Source: an uncultured Candidatus Rokubacteria bacterium | GTDB lineage: Bacteria > Methylomirabilota > Methylomirabilia > Rokubacteriales > CSP1-6 | NCBI GenBank assembly: GCA_963762145.1 | Contig: CAVXJS010000021.1 | Coordinates: 64,001 to 128,000 of the forward strand | Direction: 5' to 3' | DNA length: 64,000 nucleotides | Shown here: positions 54,559 to 64,000 of the stretch, in pieces | Numbering within the stretch: the first letter of the stretch is position 1 | Layout: each line of letters opens with the position of its first letter | Translations under genes and position numbers: made by a program | Notes under the pieces: model-generated | Seen by the model: only the letters and a program-made list of their open reading frames with translations | Databases searched by the model: none | Told to the model about the DNA's origin: nothing

Positions 54559-56424
54559 ATGGCGACTCACGCGGCATTCATGCCGGGCGCGAAGGTGGAG
54601 GTTCCCACGTTCTGGGGGACCGTCGCGTCCTGGCTCACCACCGTCGATCACAAGCGCATCGGCATCCTGTACGGCTCGAGCGCGTTCATCTTCTTCCTGA
54701 TCGGGGGCATCGAGGCGCTGATCATGCGCCTGCAGCTCGCCCGCCCCGACAACAACCTCGTGAGCGCGCAGACCTTCAACGAGCTGTTCACCATGCACGG
54801 CACCACCATGGTGTTCCTCGCGATCATGCCGATGAGCGCGGCGTTCTTCAATTACATGATCCCGCTCATGATCGGGGCGCGCGACGTGGCGTTCCCGCGC
54901 CTGAACGCGCTCTCCTACTGGATCTTCCTCTCCGGCGGGCTCTTCCTGCACGTGAGCTTCCTGGCCAAGGCGGTGCCGGACGGCGGCTGGTTCGGCTACG
55001 CCAACCTGACCTCGCACCAGTTCTCGCCGACCCACTCCATCGACTTCTGGATGCTCGGCCTGCAGATCCTCGGCATCTCGTCCATGCTCGCGGGCTTCAA
55101 CTTCCTGGTGACCATCATCAACATGCGGGCGCCCGGCATGACCCTGATGCGGATGCCGGTGTTCATCTGGATGAGCTTCGTGACCCAGTTCCTCATCGTG
55201 CTCGCCTTCCCGGCCATCACGGTGGCGCTCATCCTCCTGATGTTCGACCGCTTCTTCGGCACCCTCTTCTACTCCCCCGCCGCGGGCGGCGATCCCCTGC
55301 TCTGGCAGCACCTCTTCTGGATCTTCGGCCACCCGGAGGTCTACATCCTGATCCTGCCCGCGATGGGCATCGTCTCGGAAGTGCTGCCTACCTTCGCGCG
55401 CAAGCCGCTCTTCGGCGCCCCGGTCATCATCTACTCCGGCATCACCATCGGCTTCTTCGGGTTCGGGGTGTGGAGCCATCACATGTTCTCGGTCGGGATG
55501 GGCCCGGTGGCCGACGCCGCCTTCTCCATCACCACCATGCTGATCGCGGTGCCCACCGGCGTGAAGATCCTCAACTGGCTCTGTACCCTGTGGGGCGGCT
55601 CCATCCGATTCACGACCCCGCTCTACTTCTCGCTCGGCTTCATCGCGATGTTCACGATGGGCGGCCTCTCCGGGGTCATGCACGCCTCGCCCCCGGTGGA
55701 CCTGCAGCAGACCGACACCTACTTCGTGGTGGCCCACTTCCACTACGTGCTCTTCGGGGGCTCGATCTTCGGGCTCTTCTCCGGCGCCTACTACTGGTGG
55801 CCGAAGATCACCGGCAAGCTGCTCGACGAGCGTCTCGGCAAGGTGCACTTCTGGCTGATGATGCTGGGCTTCAACGTGACGTTCTTCCCCCAGCACTACC
55901 TCGGACTCATCGGGATGCCGCGCCGGATCTACACCTACGCGGGGGACCTCGGCTGGAACTTCTGGAATCTCGTCTCCACCATCGGGGCCTTCATGATCGC
56001 GGTCTCCTTCCTCGTGTTCATCGCGAACGTGATCAAGACCGCGCGCGCGGGCCGAGTGGCGAGCGCCGATCCGTGGGACGCCCGCACCCTCGAGTGGGCG
56101 ATCCCGTCGCCGCCCCCGGTCTACAACTTCGCCCGGGTACCCGAGGTGCGCGACCGGGACGACTTCTGGCTGCAGAAGCACGGAGACGGGCACGGAGGCG
56201 CCCCGCGGCCGAAGCCGGCCCCGGTGACCGCGGCCGAGATCGCGGCCATCCACATGCCCCCCAGCTCGTTCTGGCCGATCCTGCTCGCCCTCGCGATGGC
56301 GATGATGATCTCCGGCCTGCTGATCAGCATGTACCAGGTCATCGTGGGCGGGTTGCTCACGCTGTTCCTCATGTACAAGTTCGCCATGGAGCTGCACCGC
56401 CCCCCCGACGGGCACGGACACTAG
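54559..56424 (+). CDS. ctaD: Cytochrome c oxidase subunit I (A1 type)
   Basis: DHKRIG, HGTTM, GHPEVY, WSHHM, VAHFHY, GMPRR; extra C-terminal helices. Confidence 0.97.
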   Translation: MATHAAFMPGAKVEVPTFWGTVASWLTTVDHKRIGILYGSSAFIFFLIGGIEALIMRLQLARPDNNLVSAQTFNELFTMHGTTMVFLAIMPMSAAFFNYMIPLMIGARDVAFPRLNALSYWIFLSGGLFLHVSFLAKAVPDGGWFGYANLTSHQFSPTHSIDFWMLGLQILGISSMLAGFNFLVTIINMRAPGMTLMRMPVFIWMSFVTQFLIVLAFPAITVALILLMFDRFFGTLFYSPAAGGDPLLWQHLFWIFGHPEVYILILPAMGIVSEVLPTFARKPLFGAPVIIYSGITIGFFGFGVWSHHMFSVGMGPVADAAFSITTMLIAVPTGVKILNWLCTLWGGSIRFTTPLYFSLGFIAMFTMGGLSGVMHASPPVDLQQTDTYFVVAHFHYVLFGGSIFGLFSGAYYWWPKITGKLLDERLGKVHFWLMMLGFNVTFFPQHYLGLIGMPRRIYTYAGDLGWNFWNLVSTIGAFMIAVSFLVFIANVIKTARAGRVASADPWDARTLEWAIPSPPPVYNFARVPEVRDRDDFWLQKHGDGHGGAPRPKPAPVTAAEIAAIHMPPSSFWPILLALAMAMMISGLLISMYQVIVGGLLTLFLMYKFAMELHRPPDGHGH

Positions 56425-56434
56425 GAGAGCCCCC

Positions 56435-57064
56435 GTGGCCGACCACGCTGCCGCTCACGCCGCGAACCATGCCGTGACTCATGCGGTCCACGATCCGAAC
56501 ATCGGCAACACCGGGCTCGACCATCGCAAGATGGGCATGTGGGCCTTCCTCGGCTCCGACTGCATGTTCTTCGGGTCCCTGATCGGGACGTACCTGGCCT
56601 ACAAGGGCAAGTCGATCTCCGGGCCGACCCCTCACGAGGTGTTCGACATTCCGCTCACCTCCTACAGCGCGGCGCTGCTGCTCGCCTCGTCGCTGACCAT
56701 GGTGCTGGCCCTGGCCGCCCTGCAGGACAACCGCGTGAAGGTGGCGGCGGGCTGGCTGCTCGCCACCGCGGTGATGGGCCTGCACTTCGTGCTGAACCAG
56801 GTCTACGAGTTCTGGAGCTTCGTCCACCACTACGGCCTGACGCTCTCGACCAGCCTCTTCGGGTCGACGTTCTTCGTGCTCACCGGGTTCCACGGCGCGC
56901 ACGTCACCGGCGGGGTGATCTGGCTCCTGATCCTGGTGGGGCTGGCCTGGCGGGGCCGGCTCGACCGCCGGGACTACACCAAGGTCGAGATCGCCGGCCT
57001 CTACTGGCACTTCGTGGACATCGTCTGGATCGCGATCTTCACCATCATCTACCTCATCCCCTAG
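56435..57064 (+). CDS. ctaE: Cytochrome c oxidase subunit III
   Basis: GMWAFLGSDCMFF, TGFHGAHV, LYWHFVDIVW. Confidence 0.95.
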   Translation: MADHAAAHAANHAVTHAVHDPNIGNTGLDHRKMGMWAFLGSDCMFFGSLIGTYLAYKGKSISGPTPHEVFDIPLTSYSAALLLASSLTMVLALAALQDNRVKVAAGWLLATAVMGLHFVLNQVYEFWSFVHHYGLTLSTSLFGSTFFVLTGFHGAHVTGGVIWLLILVGLAWRGRLDRRDYTKVEIAGLYWHFVDIVWIAIFTIIYLIP

Positions 57065-57074
57065 GAGCCGCGAT

Positions 57075-57412
57075 ATGGCCGATCACGGCACCGCTGCCGC
57101 GACGCACGGAGGAGGAAGCGGGCACTCCACCGTCAAGACGTACATCAACGTGGCCATCGTGCTGGCCATCATCACCGCGGTCGAGGTGGCCACGCTCTAC
57201 ATCCCGGGCATCCCGAACTGGCTGCTGGTCTCAGCCTGCTCATCATGTCGGCGGCCAAGTTCTACCTGGTCGTCGGCTTCTTCATGCACCTCAAGTACGA
57301 CCACCAGATCATGCGGGTGCTATTCGTCGGCCCGCTGGTCATCGCGATCGGCATCATCCTGGCCGTCATGGCGCTGTTCAGCGCCTTCCTGCTGCTGCCC
57401 CGCCCCCACTAG
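57075..57412 (+). CDS. Cytochrome c oxidase subunit IV (CtaF-like), frameshift near 57235
   Basis: YINVAIVLAIITAVEV, then KFYLVVGFFMHLKYD in another frame. Confidence 0.85.
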
Positions 57413-57453
57413 GAGTCCGTCCCTGGCAACCGCGGACACCGTGATCCTCGTCC

Positions 57454-57491
57454 GGGGGGAGGTTCGGAACGGGGGCGCAGCCCCCCTCCGA
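57454..57491. repeat. GC-rich hairpin with a GGGGGAG flank inside the oxidase operon
   Basis: ggggggaggt-tcgga-ac-ggggg-cgcag-cccccc-tccga. Confidence 0.6.
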
Positions 57492-57502
57492 GTCGACTAG
57501 CC

Positions 57503-58369
57503 ATGGCGCACGTAGCACCCGGGCCGGCGGGGCCGCCTCCCCTCGGGCCCGAGGGCTTCGACTGGACCTCCTGGCAGGCCGATCCCGGCGTCGTCACGGG
57601 GCTCGTCGTCATGGGCGCCGCCTACGCGGCGGCCCTCCTGTGGCGACGGCGGCTCGCCCCCGAGGCCCGGGTGGAGCCGCTCAAGGTGGCCTCGTTCGCA
57701 GGGGCCCTGCTCGTGCTGTTCGGCTCGCTCACCGGGCCCATCCACGACCTGTCGGACTACTACCTCTTCAGCGCGCACATGATCCAGCACATGCTGCTGG
57801 TCTTCGCGATGCCGCCGCTCCTGCTGTACGGGACGCCGGGCTGGATGCTGCGCCCGCTGCTGCGCGACGCCAGGCTCCTCGAGCTCGGCCGCGTGCTGAC
57901 CCGGCCGACGGGATCGTTCGCGACCTTCAACGTGATCCTCATCGCGTGGCACTTGCCGCCCCTTTACAATCTGGCCATGGAGCAGCACCCCTTCCACGTC
58001 CTTGGACACCTCCTGATGATGGCCGCCTCCGTCATCCTGTGGTGGCCGGTGCTCTCCCCGATCGACGAGCTGCCCCGGGCGCCCTACCCGATCCAGATGC
58101 TCTACCTGTTCGTGGTGGGCCTGCCGATGGTGATGGTGGCCATCTTCATCTCGATGGCCGACGGCCTCCTCTACCCGTACTACGCGGCCGCGCCGCGGAT
58201 CTGGCCGCAGCTCACCCCGCGCGCCGACCAGCACCTGGGCGGCCTCATCATGTGGATCCCCGGCGGCATGGTCTTCCTGGTCGCGCTCTCCGTCGTCTTC
58301 TTCCGGTGGCAGAGCGCGGGCGGCGACGACGCGACGGTGCCCCTCGCCGGGGCGCGCCATGGCCGCTAG
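57503..58369 (+). CDS. ctaG: caa3-type oxidase assembly factor CtaG
   Basis: LFSAHMIQHMLL, WHLP.LY, WWPV, DQHLGGLIMWIPG. Confidence 0.93.
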   Translation: MAHVAPGPAGPPPLGPEGFDWTSWQADPGVVTGLVVMGAAYAAALLWRRRLAPEARVEPLKVASFAGALLVLFGSLTGPIHDLSDYYLFSAHMIQHMLLVFAMPPLLLYGTPGWMLRPLLRDARLLELGRVLTRPTGSFATFNVILIAWHLPPLYNLAMEQHPFHVLGHLLMMAASVILWWPVLSPIDELPRAPYPIQMLYLFVVGLPMVMVAIFISMADGLLYPYYAAAPRIWPQLTPRADQHLGGLIMWIPGGMVFLVALSVVFFRWQSAGGDDATVPLAGARHGR

Positions 58370-59246
58370 GCTCGCCTGGGCCGCGGTCGTCGCGGTCTTC
58401 TTCCTGATGACGCTCGGCAACGTGGTGAGCGCAACCGGCTCCGGGCTCGCGTGCCCCGACTGGCCGCTCTGTCACGGCTCCCTGATCCCGCCGCTGCGCC
58501 TCGACGTGCTGATCGAGTACAGCCATCGCCTCGCCGCCCTGGCCGCCACGGTGCTGATCGTGGCCACCACCGTGCTCGCGCTGCGCGGCTCGCGCGCGCC
58601 GGGGCTTCGGCGTCTCGCCTGGCTGCTGCCCGCGCTCCTCGCGGCGCAGATCGCGCTCGGCGGCATCACGGTCCTGCTCAAGCTCCCCCACCTGATCAGC
58701 ACCGCGCACCTGGTGAACGCGCTCCTGATCCTGGCCGGCCTCATCGTGCTGGCCCGGGGGCTCCAGTCCACGGCTCCCGCGCGCGCGGGCGACGAGCGCC
58801 TGCGGCGGCTGGCCCGCATGGGGCTGATCGTGCTCCTCGTCCAGCTCGCGCTCGGCGGCTACGTACGCCACTCGGGAGCGGGACTCGCCTGCCCCGACTT
58901 CCCGCTCTGCAGCGGCGATCTCCTGCCCACGCAGTGGCTGGCCGGGGTGCACTGGGTCCATCGCTGGCTCGGCGTGCTGCTGCTGGGCCTCTTCATTCAC
59001 GTGGCGGTGGTGGGCCGGACGGCGGCCACTCGCCTGGTCGCCGCGCTCGCGGGGCTGCAGGTCGCCCTCGGCATCGCCACCGTGCTGCTCCAGCTCACCC
59101 CGACCGTGCGGGCGACCCACGCCGCCGTCGGGTACTCGATCTGGGCGGTGCTGGTGTGGGTGAGCGTCGAGGCCGGATGCTGGCGCGGAAGTCTCACCGC
59201 GCCCGCCCGGCCGGGCGCGACCCGGAAGGCCGCGCATGCCGCCTAG
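58359..59246 (+). CDS. ctaA: Heme A synthase (COX15/CtaA)
   Basis: GLACPDWPLC, EYSHR, Q..LGG.TV, HWVHR. Confidence 0.92.
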   Translation: MAARLAWAAVVAVFFLMTLGNVVSATGSGLACPDWPLCHGSLIPPLRLDVLIEYSHRLAALAATVLIVATTVLALRGSRAPGLRRLAWLLPALLAAQIALGGITVLLKLPHLISTAHLVNALLILAGLIVLARGLQSTAPARAGDERLRRLARMGLIVLLVQLALGGYVRHSGAGLACPDFPLCSGDLLPTQWLAGVHWVHRWLGVLLLGLFIHVAVVGRTAATRLVAALAGLQVALGIATVLLQLTPTVRATHAAVGYSIWAVLVWVSVEAGCWRGSLTAPARPGATRKAAHAA

Positions 59247-60174
59247 GGCCGCGGCCGCCGCCTCACGCGGCATCGGAGCGCTCACCCTGACGGAGCGGAT
59301 CGGCGCCTACGCCGAGCTCTCGAAGTTCGGCATCGTGCTCCTGGTCCTGGTCTCCGCGGGCGCCGGCTTCATGCTGAGCGCTCCCCTGGGGCCCGAGTTC
59401 CCGTGGCCTCAGGGCCTGCTGGTGCTGGCCGGGGTGATGCTCCTGTCCTGCGGCGCCTCGGCGCTCAACCAGGTCCAGGAGCGCGCCCGGGACGGCCTGA
59501 TGGCCCGAACCGCGGGGCGTCCGCTGCCCTCCGGACGGCTGTCGCACGCCCAGGGGCTCGCCTTCTCGATCGTGGGCATCGCGGTCGGCGCGGCCGTGCT
59601 GTGGCTCGGGATCGGACCCACCGCCGGCATCCTGGGCCTCATCGCGAGCGGCTTCTACAACGGCGTCTACACGCCCTGGCTGAAGCCGCACTCGCCCTTC
59701 GCCGCGGTGCCGGGAGCGATCCCGGGCGCCATCCCGCCGGTGATCGGCTGGGTCGCGGGCGGCGGCCACCTGACCGATGCGGGCGCGGTGATCCTCTTCG
59801 GGATCTTGTTCCTCTGGCAGATGCCCCACTTCTGGGCGCTCGCCCTCCGCTACCGGGCCGACTACGCCGCCGGCGGCTTCCCGATGGTCTCGGAGCGGGT
59901 AGGGGTGGAGGGCACCGCCCGGCTCATCCAGCTCTACTCCCTGGGCCTCACCGCCTGGGCCCTGGCCGCGCCCACCTTCGGGGTGGGCGGCCCGGCCACC
60001 CTGGTGGCGGCCGCGGCGCTGGGGGGCCGCCTGATCTGGCTGGCCGCCAAGTTCGCGCGGCAGCCGGACGACCAGCGCGGGTGGCTCTCTCTCTTCCTCT
60101 TCTCGAACTTTTTCCTTCTCCTGCTGTTTCTAGTAATGATTGGGGAGCGGCTGGTCCGCCACACCCTGTCCTAG
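59236..60174 (+). CDS. ctaB: Protoheme IX farnesyltransferase (heme O synthase)
   Basis: N...ER.RD..M.RT..RPLPSG, YT..LK, GAIPP.IGW, WQMPHF, DY..GGFPM. Confidence 0.95.
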   Translation: MPPRAAAAASRGIGALTLTERIGAYAELSKFGIVLLVLVSAGAGFMLSAPLGPEFPWPQGLLVLAGVMLLSCGASALNQVQERARDGLMARTAGRPLPSGRLSHAQGLAFSIVGIAVGAAVLWLGIGPTAGILGLIASGFYNGVYTPWLKPHSPFAAVPGAIPGAIPPVIGWVAGGGHLTDAGAVILFGILFLWQMPHFWALALRYRADYAAGGFPMVSERVGVEGTARLIQLYSLGLTAWALAAPTFGVGGPATLVAAAALGGRLIWLAAKFARQPDDQRGWLSLFLFSNFFLLLLFLVMIGERLVRHTLS

Positions 60175-60249
60175 CGCCCGGGTGGCTGCCGGTGGCAAGG
60201 CGGGTCGGTTGTCTGTTACTCTGAGTTCCCCTTCTGGAGGCCGGATCGA

Positions 60250-61560
60250 ATGAACATCTGCGTGGTAGGAACGGGCTACGTGGGGCTGGTGACCGGCGCG
60301 GTCTTCGCCGATCTCGGCAACGACGTGGTCTGCGTCGACAACGACCAGAAGAAGATCGAGGCCCTCCGGGCGGGGCAGATGCCCATCTATGAGCCGGGCC
60401 TCGAGGAGATGGTGATACGGAACAAGGACGACGGGCGCCTCAGCTTCACCACCGACCTGCCCGGCGGGGTCCGCCAAGCCGACGTCATCTTCATCGCGGT
60501 GGGCACTCCCCCGAAGGACACCGGCGAGACCGATCTCTCCCACGTGGAGGCGGTCGCCACCCAGATCGGGCGCTCGATGGATCGCTACAAGGTGGTCGTC
60601 AACAAGTCCACGGTCCCGGTCGGCACCGGCGAGTTCGTCCGGGAAGTCATCACGCGGTTCCAGCCCCGCCCCATCGACTTCGACGTGGTCTCCAATCCGG
60701 AGTTCCTGCGTGAGGGGTCCGCGATCGAGGACACCCTCCGGCCCGACCGGATCGTGATCGGCGCCCCAAACCAGCAGGTCGCGATGACCCTGGTGGAGCT
60801 CTACGCCCCGCTCGAGCGGCCCATGATCATCACCGACCTGCCGTCGGCGGAGGTGATCAAGTACGCGTCCAACGCGTTCCTGGCCGCCAAGATCTCGTTC
60901 ATCAACGCGATCGCCAACATCTGCGAGAACGCGGGCGCCGACGTGAGCCAGGTGATGAAGGGCATGGGCCTCGACTCGCGCATCGGGATGCAGTTTCTCC
61001 AGGCCGGGCTCGGCTACGGCGGCTCCTGCTTCCCCAAGGACGTGGACTCCCTCATCCACACCGCGTCCCGTTTCGGGTACGACTTCAAGCTGCTGCGCTC
61101 GGTGGTGGAGATCAACAAGGAGCGCGCCCTCCACCTGGTGGACATGATGCGCAAGGCGATGGGCGATCTCGAGGACAAGACCATCGCGGTGCTCGGCCTC
61201 GCCTTCAAGCCCAACACCGACGACATGCGCGAGGCCAAGAGCCTCGAGGTGGTCCGGCTGCTCCACGCCGCGGGGGCCCAGGTGCGCGCCTACGACCCGG
61301 TGGCGATGGACAACGCGCGGGCCCTGCTGCCGGATAGCGTGGTCTTCTGCGAGTCGGCCTACGAGGCGGCGGCGGGCGCGGACGGGGTGGCCCTGCTCAC
61401 CGAGTGGAACGAGTTCAAGTACCTGAACCTCGACCGCCTGCGCGGGCTCCTGCGGCACCGGCTGATCTTCGACGCCCGCAACCTGTACGAGCCCGAGCGC
61501 ATGCGTCGCCTCGGCTTCGAGTACTACTCGATCGGGCGCAAGCCCGTGCTGGCGGGCTGA
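60250..61560 (+). CDS. ugd: UDP-glucose 6-dehydrogenase
   Basis: [43 protein letters not shown]. Confidence 0.95.
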   Translation: MNICVVGTGYVGLVTGAVFADLGNDVVCVDNDQKKIEALRAGQMPIYEPGLEEMVIRNKDDGRLSFTTDLPGGVRQADVIFIAVGTPPKDTGETDLSHVEAVATQIGRSMDRYKVVVNKSTVPVGTGEFVREVITRFQPRPIDFDVVSNPEFLREGSAIEDTLRPDRIVIGAPNQQVAMTLVELYAPLERPMIITDLPSAEVIKYASNAFLAAKISFINAIANICENAGADVSQVMKGMGLDSRIGMQFLQAGLGYGGSCFPKDVDSLIHTASRFGYDFKLLRSVVEINKERALHLVDMMRKAMGDLEDKTIAVLGLAFKPNTDDMREAKSLEVVRLLHAAGAQVRAYDPVAMDNARALLPDSVVFCESAYEAAAGADGVALLTEWNEFKYLNLDRLRGLLRHRLIFDARNLYEPERMRRLGFEYYSIGRKPVLAG

Positions 61561-61571
61561 GGGTCGCGCCG

Positions 61572-62503
<932 letters not shown>

Positions 62504-62507
<4 letters not shown>

Positions 62508-63433
62508 GGATCCTCGTGACGGGCGGAGCCGGCTTCATCGGCTCACACGTGGTGGACGCCTTCCTGGCCGCGGGTCACGACGTGGCGGTGGTGGACAATC
62601 TCACCACCGGCGACGCGCGCTGGATCAACCCGCGCGCCCGCTTCCACGAGGTGGATCTCCGCAGCGCGGGGCTGGCGCGCGTCTTCGAGACGGAGCGGCC
62701 GGAGGTGGTGGCCCACCTGGCCGCGCAGGCCTCGGTCGGCCGCTCGGTGACCGATCCCGCGTTCGACGCCAGCGTGAACATCGGGGGCGGGGTCGCGCTG
62801 CTCGAATGCTGCCGGCGCTACGGGGTCCGCCGGGTGATCTACTCCTCGAGCGGCGGCGCGGGCTACGGCGACACCGACGTGATCCCCACCCCGGAGAGCC
62901 ATCCCAGCCTGCCGATCTCGCCCTACGGCATCACCAAGGTCGCGGTGGAGCAATACGTGGCCGCGTGGATCGGGATCTACGGCATCAGCGGCATCTCGCT
63001 CCGCTACGCCAACATCTACGGTCCGCGGCAGAACCCCCAGGGCGAGGCGGGCGTGATCGCCATCTTCTGCCACCGGCTGCTGACCGGCCAGGCGCCCATC
63101 ATCAACGGCGACGGCGGCCAGACCCGCGACTACACCTACGTGGAGGACGTGGCCGCCGCCAACGTGAAGGCGCTCGAGCATCACGAGGCCACCGGCGGGG
63201 TCAACATCTGCACCGGGATCGAGACGTCGGTGAACGACCTCTACGCGGCGCTGGTGCAGGCGGCGGGCTCCAAGATCCCGGCCGAGCACGCGCCCGCCCG
63301 GCCGGGCGAGCAGCGCCGCAGCTGCCTGAGCCCCGAGCGCGCCGCGAGCGCGCTCGGCTGGAAGCCCACCGTGTCCCTCGCCGAGGGCCTCCGCCGCACC
63401 TTCGGCTTCTTCAAAAAGGAGATCGCGCCATGA
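62504..63433 (+). CDS. NAD-dependent epimerase (UDP-glucose 4-epimerase-like)
   Basis: [36 protein letters not shown]. Confidence 0.93.
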
Positions 63434-63603
63434 TCGACGAAGAGCTGCGGGCGATCCTGGCCTGTCCCGCCTGCAAGGGCATCGAGCTGACCTTCGAGGA
63501 GACGCGCATCATCTGCCGCGCCTGCCGCAAGGCCTATCCGGTGCGCGACGGCATTCCCGTGATGCTGATCAGCGAGGCGGAGCCCTGGGCCCCGACGAAA
63601 TAA
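63430..63603 (+). CDS. Trm112/YcaR family protein
   Basis: [16 protein letters not shown]…C..C…YPVRDGIPVML. Confidence 0.92.
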   Translation: MIDEELRAILACPACKGIELTFEETRIICRACRKAYPVRDGIPVMLISEAEPWAPTK

Positions 63604-64000
63604 CCGCGGTCATCCTCGCGGGGGGCCAGGGCACCCGGCTCCGGCCCCTGACCCTCGCCACACCCAAGCCGGTCGTTCCCCTCCTCAACATCCCGTTCGT
63701 CGCCTACCAGCTGGCCCTGCTCCGTCAGCACGGCATCACCGACGTGGTCCTGTCCTGCTCCTACCTGGTGGACGAGATCCGGCGGATCATGGGCGACGGC
63801 GCGGCCCACGGGGTCCGGCTCCGCTACGCGGTGGAGACGGACCCGCTCGGCACCGCCGGCGGCATCCGCAACGCGGTGGACCTCGTGCGGGGGCTCGTGG
63901 TCGTGCTGAACGGCGACATCCTGGCCGACGTCGATCTCTCCGCGATGCTGGACTTCCACGCCGAGCGCCGCTCGCGCGCGACGCTCTACCTCACGCGCGT
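63585..64000 (+). CDS. NDP-sugar pyrophosphorylase (mannose-1-phosphate guanylyltransferase-like), runs off window
   Basis: Manual translation AVILAGGQGTRLRPLT..TPKP, PLGTAGGI, LNGDI; start uncertain (CTG at 63585). Confidence 0.9.
   Translation, partial: MGPDEITAVILAGGQGTRLRPLTLATPKPVVPLLNIPFVAYQLALLRQHGITDVVLSCSYLVDEIRRIMGDGAAHGVRLRYAVETDPLGTAGGIRNAVDLVRGLVVVLNGDILADVDLSAMLDFHAERRSRATLYLTR

Noticed and set aside
58359-59246. Internal duplication of GLACPDxPLC in heme A synthase
   Set aside because: Two-fold internal symmetry with Cys pairs is an established feature of CtaA.

Overview
Very GC-rich bacterial chromosomal segment (by eye about 70% GC). Gene content and intergenic repeats suggest Ca. 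Rokubacteria/Methylomirabilota, which is an inference only. It is densely coding, and I saw no rRNA, tRNA, CRISPR array, transposase or phage genes. In order it holds: proteostasis genes (PAC2-family, ftsH-degP, dnaJ/cbpA-clpB); a peptide ABC transporter; hydantoinase/oxoprolinase A/B plus formamidase; phoX; an MFS transporter and an 810-codon GAF protein; a divergent GGT/PuuD pair; TRAP and Liv-type transporters; a minus-strand CoA/aromatic catabolic run (paired acyl-CoA dehydrogenases, hybrid kinase, Nudix, benzoate-CoA-ligase-like, thioesterase, extradiol dioxygenase); a complete caa3-type oxidase operon with assembly genes; and the start of a nucleotide-sugar cluster. Clustered indels break several otherwise intact genes and look like assembly errors. 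The best novelty candidate is the GAF protein, whose C-terminal half resembles a highly divergent class III nucleotide cyclase. Other leads are a stand-alone COX2-like membrane hairpin heading the oxidase operon, a sensorless hybrid kinase with a degenerate ATP lid, many leaderless-type promoters (including an overlapping bidirectional one), and hairpin/G-quadruplex intergenic repeats. All calls come from reading the sequence by eye; no searches were run.
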